Source: Octopus vulgaris (Eukaryota). Taken from it: a stretch of DNA of 64,000 nt. Under the pieces are notes generated by a model. It had not been told where the DNA came from. It worked only from the letters and a program-made list of their open reading frames with translations, and searched no databases. The stretch's first letter is position 1. Each line of letters starts with the position of its first letter. This document shows positions 39,019 through 51,700 of this stretch, piece by piece. The stretch is from positions 66,650,001-66,714,000 of the forward strand of contig OX597814.1 of assembly GCA_951406725.2 (NCBI GenBank). The letters are read 5' to 3'. The position numbers were made by a program, and so were the translations under genes.

Positions 39019-39200
39019 TAGGCGCATGCGTAGCTGTGTGGTTGGAAGCTTGCTTCCGTACGAGATGTTTCGGCCAATGAGGGCGATGGATTAAATACTC
39101 GGCTAAAAAAAAAGTTGTCTACTCGACTCATTCAACTAAATAACATTCAAGCGATGCCCCGATATGGCCGCAGTTTAATGACAGAAACAAGTAAAATATA
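39019..39200 (+). mobile_element. SINE family A, decayed/deleted copy
   Basis: Recognisable head and ATGGCCGCAGTTTAATGACAGAAACAAG tail. Confidence 0.6.
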
Positions 39201-40706
39201 AAATATATGAGTATGCGTGTATGTGCATTATATACTTATGTATACATGTGTGTATATATATATATATATATATATGTGAGTGAGAGAGAGGGGGGAGATA
39301 CGTATGCATCTATGTATGTGTGTATAGTCTTATCAGTCTAGCTATCAGTATATGTATATTTCGGTAATTCTCTAGTCTAGTGAACATAGAAACCAGATAG
39401 ATAAGCTACGAAGAAGTGTCAGTGAGTTGGTGGAGGAAAACATAGACGTTAAGCTCGTGAAGGAAAATAGTAAAGGATTAACAGGAAGTCGCGACGATAA
39501 TACTTCGTAGTGGAATGAGGGATGCGTGTTTTATAAGCTCTATTTCAATCGTGAGTGTAGAGGGTTATGTGAGAAGCCGAAGTATTCCAAGTAAAATGGC
39601 AAATGTGAAAATCATAGAACAAATTGAAGGACGTACGTAAAGGTTGTTCAAAGAAAACAAGTTAAGAAAGTACTTTTGTGAGGAAGAATGTAACAATAGA
39701 GAAACGTTTATAGATACGGAACATTGACGAAGAGTAATACGGAGCTGGCTTGGATTGCTTGATAGATACAGAGATACATAAATAGATAGATAGGCTTGTA
39801 AATATACAAGTAGATAATAAATTTCTCACTCGTATCCCGTGAAGATTTCATTATTTAAAGAAAGACTGCTTGACATCCAGATTGAAGATGATGACAGATA
39901 GAAATCTTCCAGTTAGCCTTCAATATGAATAATTTCACGAGTTGGACCCTATTGGGGGACAGAACCTCACTCTAGGAGTCTTAAAAATATAAAACAAGAA
40001 ATAATAACGATAATCAAGGAGGATAATATCTTTATAAGATAAAGAGAATGCAGTTAGCTGTACATGTTACTTTAAAGTGATAGTAATAGAGATGTGCCGT
40101 TATTATTAAATCTCCTCAGAGAGGCGCACTCATCTCAGTTGACATGACGAAGAAGTATACACATAGAAATAGAGAGAATATGGTGATGTTGGCCTTAACT
40201 ATAAGCATCAATGCTGAGTGAGCATGTAGAACACTTTGTCCTGAGATAGTTTTCTCTCAGTTCAGGGGTTGACAATTTCGTTAGTGCGTCGGACAAGAAA
40301 CCTTGCGATAGTGTTTCCGGTTCTCTGCACAGGCTCGTCTTAGCAGCATTACAGATTTCTGGAGAACTCAATGCACTGGGTCCTTTAGCATTTATCGAAA
40401 ACAAGTCACTTCATACATAGACCAAAATAGGGACTTTAGCCCCGAGAGGGCCCCAGCCAACGGCCTAATCCTCCCATGCTTTGAAACAGCACTGTCTCTA
40501 CGACCTGAGTTCAAATTCCACCAAGGTCACCTTTAGTTGCAATCTTTCCGAGGTCAATAAAATGAGAACCAGTTAAGCACTGGGGGTCGATATAATCGAT
40601 TATCCCTGTCCCTTTAAATTTGATAGTCTTGTGTCAAAATTAAGAAGAATTAAAGCACCAAGACAGAAACAAATACACGAAGAGAAACAAAAATCAACTC
40701 GTATAA

Positions 40707-41162
40707 CTTTCTAGAGAACCTGAACGCCTCATCAGCTTCAGAGCCGTTCGCAAGAGCAACAGCGAACTGATGCAGGAAGTAGGGAAAAAGACAAATATTC
40801 ATACAAAAGGAGTAGGGTTCGACGAACTTTTGTTAAAAACTTCCCATAACAGACAGCTGATAAAAACTGATACAAACTGGAACGTAAAAAAAGACATTGG
40901 GCCTTTTAGGCTAAAGCCGGATACAAGGACTTTAGGAAGACCCTTCATTAATGATAATGCGTCAGACGAGGCAGCTGAATCAGCCGACCCTCTGAAAATC
41001 CAAGGTAAGTGACCTTCTTCCATTTTGTTTCTCCTATAAACATGGTCGTTTTCAGAGTAGGGTGTGTGCCTGGGATCAGCTTGGAAGCAAGATCACTTGC
41101 TAAACGACCTCAGGTCGCTCGATTTAGATGTGGCTGCAGTTAGCGAAACAAGGATTTCTAGT
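40707..41162 (+). mobile_element. Fragment of an L1/Tx1-like LINE at the ORF1-end/ORF2-start junction
   Basis: Open frame to TGA at 41012, then ATG at 41042 giving MVVFRVGCV...KQDHLLNDLRSLDLDVAAVSETRIS, the N-terminal APE endonuclease pattern. Bounded by SINE B pieces. Confidence 0.6.
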
Positions 41163-42082
41163 TGCGTACTGAGGTCGATCTAATCGACTGGCCCTCTACC
41201 CCAAAATTTCGGGCCTTGTGCCTAGAGTAGAAAAGATTATTTTCATCATATATATATACACGCACACATAATAATATTTTACTTACTTTTCTGCCATATA
41301 TCGGGAGAGAGAATTTTAAAGTTTACTCATAGTTTAAAGTTTAGGGTACACGTCTTCGAGTTTATGAATCATTTAGTATCATCAGTAAAAGGATTTTTTA
41401 CTGTGTTCTTTATAAAGAAAATGATAACAATAAAATGTGTAAGAACAGAAACAACTACTAAGTTCTGTTGCTAACATGCCGCTGGGGCCAGCTGGGAGGT
41501 ATAAGAACAATGAGATGATGATGGTGTTGAGAAGGAGAAAGAGGAGTACGACGTCAATGAGAATGGATTTTTAAAGTTAAAATCCGAGCTAGTGTGTCAT
41601 CTAATGAACGTGAGAAGTCGGACAGCCGAAGAATAATGAGGAAAACAAATGGAAACACTCCAAATGATTTGCAACCTAAGCTATGATCATTATGTATGGT
41701 GGGTGGGCGATGCTCGGAATTTGAGCAGAGAGAGGGGGTGGGGAGACAAGGGGAGAAAGAGAGAGACTTTCACATCAAAGCTTCCAAGGGAGAAAAGCGT
41801 AATCTTTAGTTTTATGTATACAAACACGCTCGCACGCACGCACGTACGCACGCACGCACGTACGCACACACATACACCCCCCCACACACACACACACACA
41901 TTACTCCTGTGTCTTAGGGAGGAATAGGGCATATCTTAAAATTTGTTATATTACATTTGCCAACGTTCGCACCCACGCCTCTACTAAAATATGTAAATGT
42001 ATCTGATTGTCTGTGTGTGCATACACACACACACACAAATATATGCATACATATATTTATACATACATATATAAGCATTTAT

Positions 42083-42121
<39 letters not shown>

Positions 42122-42292
42122 CTTCTGTGTGAGTTAGAGGTTGGGAAACCAACTAAGGGATAGTACCTGTCCAATATACTGCTGGTATTGTGCCCAGTTA
42201 TTCATACCCAAGTGCCGGTTATAGCTTGGCAATCTCGCAATTGAGTGTTATATATGGGCGGGGGTAAAAAGTAGTTTACCCTTAATTTATAC

Positions 42293-43550
42293 GGCAAATA
42301 AGAAAATGGAGAAGATACAAAAAAGACATACATCAGCTGGTAGACATTCTAGTATGTCTATTCCAAAGTATTAGAAAGTATCAAAAGAATACATATACAT
42401 ATAATAAATATGTGTTACACACACATGTACTAATATTACAGAAAAGAGTAGAAAAGAACAAAAGACCAGAGTGTCAGAAGGTAATAAGTTCCGTAAGGCC
42501 TTTTCTGCCAAGAGGCAAAGAAATCCTCCATGCCATCTCCAAACACTTGTTTTGGTTTGTTTTGTTTTGTCTTGTTTTGTTTTAACGGTTAACCATCAAC
42601 AAACCGGAACCACGTGATGGCTTTCAAAACAATAGCTGACTAATTAGGTTATAGGACCGACTTTGACCCCTACCCCGCTACACACAGTGATTCCGGGACT
42701 TGTTGATCTGCAAAATATAACGAACACTAACACCGCACTTTGATCCCACCTGGTTCCTTACTCTCATTACTACACTCATATACCAAATTTTTCCATAATG
42801 GGTTCATCATCATAGGCTGCTTATGCCATACCATCTGCAACGTTGCACCTACTAACTGGCACTTTACATATAAACTTTCACCTCCGTAACACGGACCATA
42901 CCTTCAAATTCACCACTGTATTTCTATGTAAACATAATATGAGTTTCTATGTAAACATAATGCGAACTACTGCCTAAATTCACCCTTCTTGAAAAAACTC
43001 CTCCTGAGAACGACTATATTCACCTATCCACAATTGGACGAAATAACATGGATCTTGGAATACATCACGGGACGTCTGTAGCTTATTCCCCTTCCTACAC
43101 CCAAATAATTTCACTAAGCTGTGCTTCACTAACATCCGCATGTTTGCTCCTATTCCTTTCTGACCTTTTTAAAAAAGTCAAACAGACTGTACCTATTGTT
43201 AACTGTTTCTTATATGTATTAACCATCCCAACCACTTAGAACCCTCTGAAGAAGCCTAGAGGCACATTCATCATCCAAACACTATCTGCCTATCCCTACA
43301 GAACACTGAGGAGATGGAGATGGCATGAAGGATTTCGTTGCCTCTTGGCAGAAAAGGCCGTAAGGAACTTAGCACATTCTGACAATCTGATATTATTCTC
43401 TTTTGTGTAAAACTAGCACATGTGTGTGCAACACATAGTTATTACATGTGTATGTATGTATTCTTCTAATACTTTCTAATACTTTGGAATAAATAGGCAT
43501 ACTAGAATGTCTACCAGCTGATGTATGTATCCTCTCCATTTTCTTATTTG

Positions 43551-43552
<2 letters not shown>
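42293..43552. mobile_element. About 250-bp diverged inverted repeats around a decayed interior; probable Penelope-like remnant
   Basis: About 42293-42540 and 43310-43552 are reverse complements. The right arm ends in (TA)n. The interior has only faint GIY-YIG-like remnants. Confidence 0.55.
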
Positions 43553-43588
<36 letters not shown>

Positions 43589-43797
43589 TAAATTAGAAAT
43601 AAAACCACTATTAGGCAACTCAAACAGTGATAGACATAAACCAAAACGTAAAAAAAACAAAAAAATAAATATAATTAATAAATATAATAGTGGTTTTATC
43701 TCTAATTTAATTTATATTTATACTGTGAAATTTGATTTAATCCTAAATCTAATTTTTCCCTGTAAGTTTGGATATACTCCCGAATATTATATATATG

Positions 43798-43850
<53 letters not shown>

Positions 43851-44136
43851 TTAAAGCAATGAGGAAAGTTAAGTAGTTAGTCAAGACAGTACAAGGACAT
43901 TTGATTTCATTTAATTCAATCTAAAAATCTTGTCCTGCCTTGACTAATTGCTTGCCATTCCTCACTACTTTAATGCATAGCTACTGACTCAAAGGGAAGT
44001 CACCATTAGCCGTTTTTGGAATAAGAATGTCACACAACCACAACTTCAACCACTGTTCTAACTGGTGGGACACTTATTTGAGCACTCAGAACGCATACCT
44101 ATTTGTTTGAGTCATCTTGACCTAAACTCTTCATAT

Positions 44137-44205
<69 letters not shown>

Positions 44206-44749
44206 TCTAAGTATTAGAGGTGAATATACATTTATCTAACCTCTTCCATAGGGTTGCGATCGTTTCGCAACCTTCTTCATGTATAATTAATTTTTCAGTA
44301 TGCAAAAAATTATGCATACATGTTTGCATAAATAAGTATGAGCATGTTTGCATTAATATACTGAGCCTTATACAATTGTACATTCACAATTCAACTCTAA
44401 ATATACACCAACAATTTCTTCTTAATTTATACAATGTATGGAAGGCCGAAACCAGATAAAATTAGGTTGATTTGGTCAGTAAAAAAATAAAGATATATTT
44501 ATTGCTCCAAATCAAATGATTTAAAATGCGAAACAGAATTTAAGGAATTGACACGAAGGAATAAGAAGAGGAAGTCAAAAGAGATAAAACGATAACCGAG
44601 ACGAAGTATATAAAAATGAATTTTCAGCCAAAATAATTATATAGATGGGTATGTGTGGAAAGAAGCATTTGAAGATTTAATGATTCCATAGAAATGATGG
44701 ATGAATGGGAGGTCAAATAAAACCAAGAAATAGGTCAACAACAATGCAT

Positions 44750-44809
<60 letters not shown>

Positions 44810-44812
<3 letters not shown>

Positions 44813-46670
44813 GGTCGGGAATTATTCACAACCTATCACAACCTAATAACCCTATATTGTAATTCGATGAATAATTTTAGAAAAGTCAGGAAACTAACAT
44901 TTATCTTGCTATATTTGAAAAAAAACATCACCTCAACTTAGGAAATTGATTTCCACTTTTTACCCAGATCGAGCAAAATTTTAGTGGGTGGGGGTTCATA
45001 ACGCCTGCTCAAGTTTTTATCAAACTTGTACTGACTCAATGCAATGCAGAAACAGTATGTCTGAAATTTCAGCTTTTTAGTTGAAGTAGTTTCGGAGTTA
45101 TGGGCTTTAAAAAATATAATCACTAGATGGAACTAGATTCACACTTCAGCATTTCCGCTGCCTTGTAAACGAAAGAGAGATGAGGAATAAAAGTGTATTT
45201 ATACATTTTTAAGTTAATGAATTGAAACTGTTCTATGCAAAGGTTCAAAACCAAGATATTTTAAGACAGATGCCACTACGAGCATTCGATAATATACAAA
45301 ATTAAAACAATACATATTTTAAACTTTAGGCTTAATTCCAATTTTACATAACTGTATAAGAAAAAGGGTTCTAAATGTTAGCAAGTTTTTAAACATAACA
45401 AAGAATTAATGTTTTGTTAGATAAAATAAATCGAAGCTGAAGTTTCTTCTTTTTACAAACATAAAGATCTTGAAGGCACTTGATTGCTCGTTCTGCACTC
45501 TGATTTGCTCTGGAGATTTCAAGTTTTAATGGTTCTCGACTACAAAAGTTTTTACAGAGTTCAATGCTTTTTTATGAGCTTGCAGGCTACCACATAACTT
45601 CTGATAATCATGTGCATTGAGCATTTGGTCAGTAAACCAAAAATCTGCCCAGCTGTACGAGATGAATCGACAAACATTGAGAAACAAAACTCTTTTCTCT
45701 GGTAGAAGAATAAATGCCAAAAGAGCTAGTATTGCTCGAGAGTTCCATCTTGCATAACTTAAGTTGGGTATTTTTTGAAACTTTACAGTAGGAAATTTTC
45801 CAGTTTCTTCAAAGTAACGAAAAACTCTGATCAAATGAAATAGAAATTTCCTCTCGCCGTCCTGCTGATTCAGTAATCTTTTCTTCACTATTGTTGAAAT
45901 TAGCCTGGGGTTTCTCTTAATTACTTTGAGGAGCTGGGATGTTTTCCTTTGTGATGTCAAAAATTCCTTTCAATGAATCGTATTTTCCTCCTTTTACATA
46001 TTTGTCGTAGGTATTCATCACCTTTTCTACTTTTGCTTGTACATTTTAAATTGATAAATATGGGAAATTTAATTTTTTGCCATAAAAAAGGTACTTCGTT
46101 CGGAATTTCGTTTGTTCTTTCTTTCCTTCTTTTGATGGTACCTCCAAGGAAGAAGTAGCAATCGACAATTAAGTTTTATTGGTATTCTACAGTTGTTTTC
46201 CAAAGAATGCTCTTCTAGAGGAACACGTCTTCTTTTCCTGAGTGAGTTTTGAAATTGCACGATATTCTTCGTCTAGATTTTTTTTTCTTTGAGGAACACA
46301 TGCACTTCTCTTATGAGAAATTATTTTTGATACTGTAGTTGAATAAGCGTACTATTATGAAAGGCAGTTAATATAGGCAAAGTTTTTAGCGCCACAGAAA
46401 TAACAAACAGAGGAAGAGGATATTTCCTAAAGTAGGACCTAAGCGGTAACAAATTAAAACCTATATAACTCCTAAACTACTTAAACTTGAAAGCTGAAAA
46501 TTGAGATATACTGCTTCTGCATTGCATTAAGTCAGCACACCATGTTTGGTAAAAACTTGAGTAAGCATTATGAATCCCCCTAGAATTTTGCATTGGGTCA
46601 AAAGCGGTGTTAGGTTTCTTTAGTTGGCGGTGTCGTTTTTTTTAACTAAAAATAAAGGTTATTTTCCCTA
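44810..46670 (-). mobile_element. Defective hAT-superfamily (hATm-like) DNA transposon
   Basis: Termini TAGGG...CCCTA. About 200-bp imperfect subterminal inverted repeats (44890-45110 vs 46455-46665). Minus-strand transposase pieces IPNLSYARWNSRAILAL and SRANQSAERAIKCLQD. Confidence 0.65.
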
Positions 46671-46752
46671 CATACATACACACACACACATACGCACGCA
46701 TACATACATACATACATACATACATACATACATACATACATACATACATACA

Positions 46753-46786
<34 letters not shown>

Positions 46787-46791
46787 CATAC

Positions 46792-46822
<31 letters not shown>

Positions 46823-46880
46823 CATGCATACATACATACATACATACATACATACATACATACATACATACATACATACA

Positions 46881-46910
<30 letters not shown>

Positions 46911-46911
<1 letters not shown>

Positions 46912-49365
46912 GGCAACTCTTCAGACCGAGCTCTTGGGGGAAAGCTAATCACTTTAAAACATGAACTCAGGGCGATGAGAGAGAAACTGCGCTATCGCAA
47001 GCGAACTTTTGAGCGAGTCAGTATCAATTGCAAATTTACTTCCAACCTATAAGCATTATACAGAGAGATGAGGAAGAAAAACATTACCATTAAGAAAGCT
47101 CCCTCCCAAGAAGATCTACAATCATTCTGGTCAAAAATTTGGAACGAAAAGAGAGATTTCAACATGAATGTATCATGGTTAAATGCAATTAAGGGAGGAT
47201 ACTGTACAACACTAACAGTAAAGCATACAAAATTGAATCAGAAACCTTTGCTATAGCAGTAGGCAAACTGCAGGATTGGAAGGCACCTGGAAGGGACCTA
47301 ATAGTTGGATATTGGTACAAGTAGCTGACATTTTATAGAAATCACTTGATATGTATGTTCAAATGGACTATGGAAGGTTAAACTGATACACCAAATTGGC
47401 TTGCTACAGCAAGGACAAATCTTGTTGCTAAAAATGAAATCACCGAGATGGCAGGAAACTACAGACCCATTGCTTGCCTAACCATTATGTACAAACTATA
47501 CATAAGTTGCTTCAACCAAATCCTCCAAGACCATTGTGAGTCGAACAACATTGTGGCTGATGAACTGTTTGGTGGTAAGAAGGAAGTGTGTACTGTCTGA
47601 AGTAAGAAAACAACGCAGAAACCTGGTGACAATATGGCTTGACTATAAGAAGGCATTCGACTCTATCCGCTATTCATGGCCGTTGAAGTGCCTACATCTG
47701 GCAAAGGTACCTACTGCCTTAACTGCTGCTATAGAGAGACTAACAAAGACATGGACAACTATTATTACTCTTACAACTCAGAACAGAATAATTTTTTCTA
47801 ATAGTATTCCAGGGAGATAGCCTTTCTGTACTTCTTTTCATTTTGACACTGAATCCATTATCGTTCCTACTGCAGAAATTCATATTTGGTTGTAGAACGA
47901 GGCAAGTCAGTCCCCCAAACCAGAAGCCCGTACATCAACGGTCTCTCTATCTCCCCCATTCTACACAAAGAATGTTACAAGTACCTAGGCATAGACGAAA
48001 ATGAAGGCGCTGTGAATAAAGATAGAGTGACCCGAAAATATTACAACAAAACACTATCCCACAATGCATCTGCAGTACCAGTGCTGATCCCAACATTTGG
48101 GATACTTGATTGGTCTGAAGAGGAAATCTACTCTAAATATCAAAACCCGCAAAATCCTGACAACTGGGAACTTCCACAGAAACAGTGACGTTAATAGGCT
48201 CTACCTAAGAGGAAATGAAGGTAGTAGAGGCCTGAGATTAGTGCAGACAGCCTTCGAATGCTGTATGGTTTCGCTCAGGCAGCAGCTGTTAAACAACAGC
48301 AGCAAAAATAAATATATGAATGAAGTGTTGAAAAGTGAAGTGAGCAAACATTCTACGAGTTGGCAGTGAACACCTCAAGAAATACTCTCTTCCTGATGAT
48401 TTCCTAAACAGCCCTAAAACAGCTGGACTCTATTATCTCAGAGAAGACCTGGATGGAAAGCATTCAGCATACAAAAAAAAAAAAGGACCATGCATGGGTA
48501 TGTTACCCAGAAACTTGAAGAAGACAGTAGAATTGACACGAAGCGCAGACTCTCTTGGGCACAAGACCACTACATCACATCACACTTTGAAGGTTATGCT
48601 TTTGCAATCCAGGAACAGAAGATTGCCACAAAGTACCTGGTGAACAAGAGAGACAGTAACGCTCTTGTAATCCCAAGGTGCGACCGCATGTGTAGGCTAT
48701 GTCATGTTTCTGTGGAAGACATTACGCATGTGATTAGCAGCTGTCCTAAAATGTTGTCACGGTACTACTTACCTATGCGGTACGATGTTGTTGCTAAAAC
48801 AATTTACAATGCCATCCGCAAAAAAGATTGTCCTGAAATAAACTTACAAAATCCTTGTCATGAAATACATTCATAAACACCAACTCAAGGAATACTAGTG
48901 GAATATTTCCAGCAAAACTTTAGTAAAATGTAAGCGTAACAAGCCGGATATAGTTGTTTGAGACAGAGGGGCAAATGTATGTACCATCACAGAGGTTAGC
49001 TGTCCTCTTTGAAAATCGAAGAAAGAGAGGATCTCCATGGACAACTGCTTCGAAACTTCCAGCCTCTAAATCGAGACTATGAATTCATATTCATACCAAT
49101 AATAATTGGAGCATTAGGTTTTGTTAGTAAATGCTTAAAGGAGAATCTGGATAAACTGGGATTTTCAGAAAGAGAAATCAACTGACTAATTTGTACATTA
49201 CAAGTGCAATCTGTGAGTGGAACAGTAAAAATATGCAAGACTTTTCTCAAGTTCCAAATGTAGATTTGTCTGTGTTAACTACATCCGAAAGATGGAGCCT
49301 TGTATCTTTGTTGCAAACCGGCTCCCTCTTCAGTGGAAGATTTATAATCAAAAAGTAGAAGAGAC
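46911..49365 (+). mobile_element. Decayed R4/Dong-like non-LTR retrotransposon (RT + CCHC + restriction-like endonuclease)
   Basis: Motifs in order: KAPGRD, NYRPIACL, WLDYKKAFDS, QGDSLS-like..LNPLS, YKYLGI, CRLC...EDITHVISSC...R(Y)DVVAK, NKPDIVV, EVSCP, PIIIGALG. Many stops and frameshifts. Confidence 0.85.
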
Positions 49366-49393
49366 ATACATGTATATACATACATATATATAT

Positions 49394-49454
<61 letters not shown>

Positions 49455-50747
49455 AACACATACATATATACATATGTATGAATGTATGTATGTATGTATG
49501 CATGTTTGCATGTATAGGTATATGCATGCATACATACGCTTATTTCAGTAACATATTTTTCTAACGCTCAGACAAAACAAATGACTTTTATTGATACAGT
49601 GTATTGAAGACTATAATAGTCAATGTATTCTATCTATTTTAAAGCTAATTGTAATTTGATAAAGATTTGATTTTATTTCTAGCAAAGAATACGAACACGT
49701 GAATGGCTTTCAAGCATGTATGTGAATCTTGAATCAATTTTCATTTTTATATTTAAAAGTCCATGTTGACCTTTTACAATTTGAACATACGTTACATATT
49801 TTTGGCGGAGAAATATAATCATGTAAATTCATTCCATTATATTATTGGAATTCCCGATAGAATTTACAACCAGAACGCAAAGAAACGTGATCTCTCTATT
49901 TTGCAATTCATCGACATTATAAAGAAAAGAAAAAAAAAACTGAAAGGTTTTCATGAATGGATGTCGGGAGACTGATTTAAAATATATTATATGCAAGTAA
50001 AAGGGTGAATCGCTCTAATAAAATCAGTTTTATTATATCTTTTTTAGTACAGCCATTAATCATTTATCCAAAATTTCGAAATCTAAAAATTTTCAAAACC
50101 AATATTTTATTCGAGTAAAGGAAGTGTCATAAATAGATAACTCCTGGAAAGGTTTCTACTAGAGGGGAAGGATGGCACTTGGGTTAAAATGAAAGTGTAA
50201 AACACGAAAGAATCGTTTTATGGAGTTGCCAAGCTGAAATGGAAGTGTTATAGGTAGACTTGTTTACGGGAAAAGCGACATATTTCTATAGAGAAACAGT
50301 TACATGTGCGAAGCTGGACCAGCGCCAAATTTATATATAACTACCCACACGTTGTAAGATGTATGATGAAATGAAAATGCGTAACATGTTTAGACTTGGG
50401 TCTTATTTCCCAGCTGTCTATTTTCTTGATGCAAATATACGCATAAATCTAAGAGATACGGAATATTTTCGTTCATAAATATTTCGATATTTTAGATGAT
50501 CTTGCTCCAATTTCCCCTTATGCTCCAGTTTTATGGGATCGAGACTTCTCACTCTTCAACCCTAAAAGCAAATAAATTACAAATTCCATTCTCCACAAAA
50601 TACTGGCTCACATCTTAAAAGGGTTAGTTTTGTATTTGGAAAATCCTTTCAACAGTTTTACAATTCTTGACATCAGTGTTACATTATCAAATCTCTCATT
50701 GCATCCCATTTCTTTTAACAACGCCATACTCACACCAGCACGCATAC

Positions 50748-50995
<248 letters not shown>

Positions 50996-51226
50996 TATCA
51001 TTTTACTGATATTGCATATTGAAACCCAGCCATGCTGGGGCACTGTCTTTAAAGGTTTTCAGCCGATCATAACGAACATAGAACTTAATTCAATCTGGGA
51101 CTTATTTTATCAATCTTTAGCAGGCTGCTAGTGTTACGTTTTGACAGAAAATAACATATATTAATATACTGCTTCACAATGGCAAACTTAAGTAAAGTTA
51201 GGCGCGAGCACAGAGGGAGAGAGAGA

Positions 51227-51283
<57 letters not shown>

Positions 51284-51700
51284 AAGAAAGAGAGAATGTT
51301 GATTAATTCAACGCTACCACAGCAGATAATTGTCCAAGATGCTGCAAATTGGAACCGATCAAGGAACGGCATGATTGCAAGATGCTTCTTAACTACGCAT
51401 CTATGACTGTTCATATGTCTGTGTGTGTTTTTGTGTGCGTCTCTGCATGTATGTATGCATGTAGGTAGATAGGTATATAGATATGTATTTAAGTAGATAA
51501 GTAGGTATATGGATACATATTCTCTCTATATTGGAATTTAAATATGATTTTGAAACCTGATTTGCGTGCTGAAATATAAATGAAGAAATGAAATGATTTA
51601 AGAAGCGGTGCACTGAGTCTGTTGTGTTGATTTCTGACATTGATTCCACAAGTCTTTTCAGCTCGATCTTCGCAGTAATACACAGACATATTCTAGATAT

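Noticed and set aside
40715-41004. Apparent plus-strand host exon (TTCTAG ... AAG|GTAAGT)
   Set aside because: Directly followed by a LINE endonuclease start, so better explained as a LINE ORF1 end; exonisation cannot be excluded without RNA data.
44255-44285. GAAACGATCG hammerhead-like half motif on minus
   Set aside because: No intact CUGANGA core or matching stem I; only a local hairpin.
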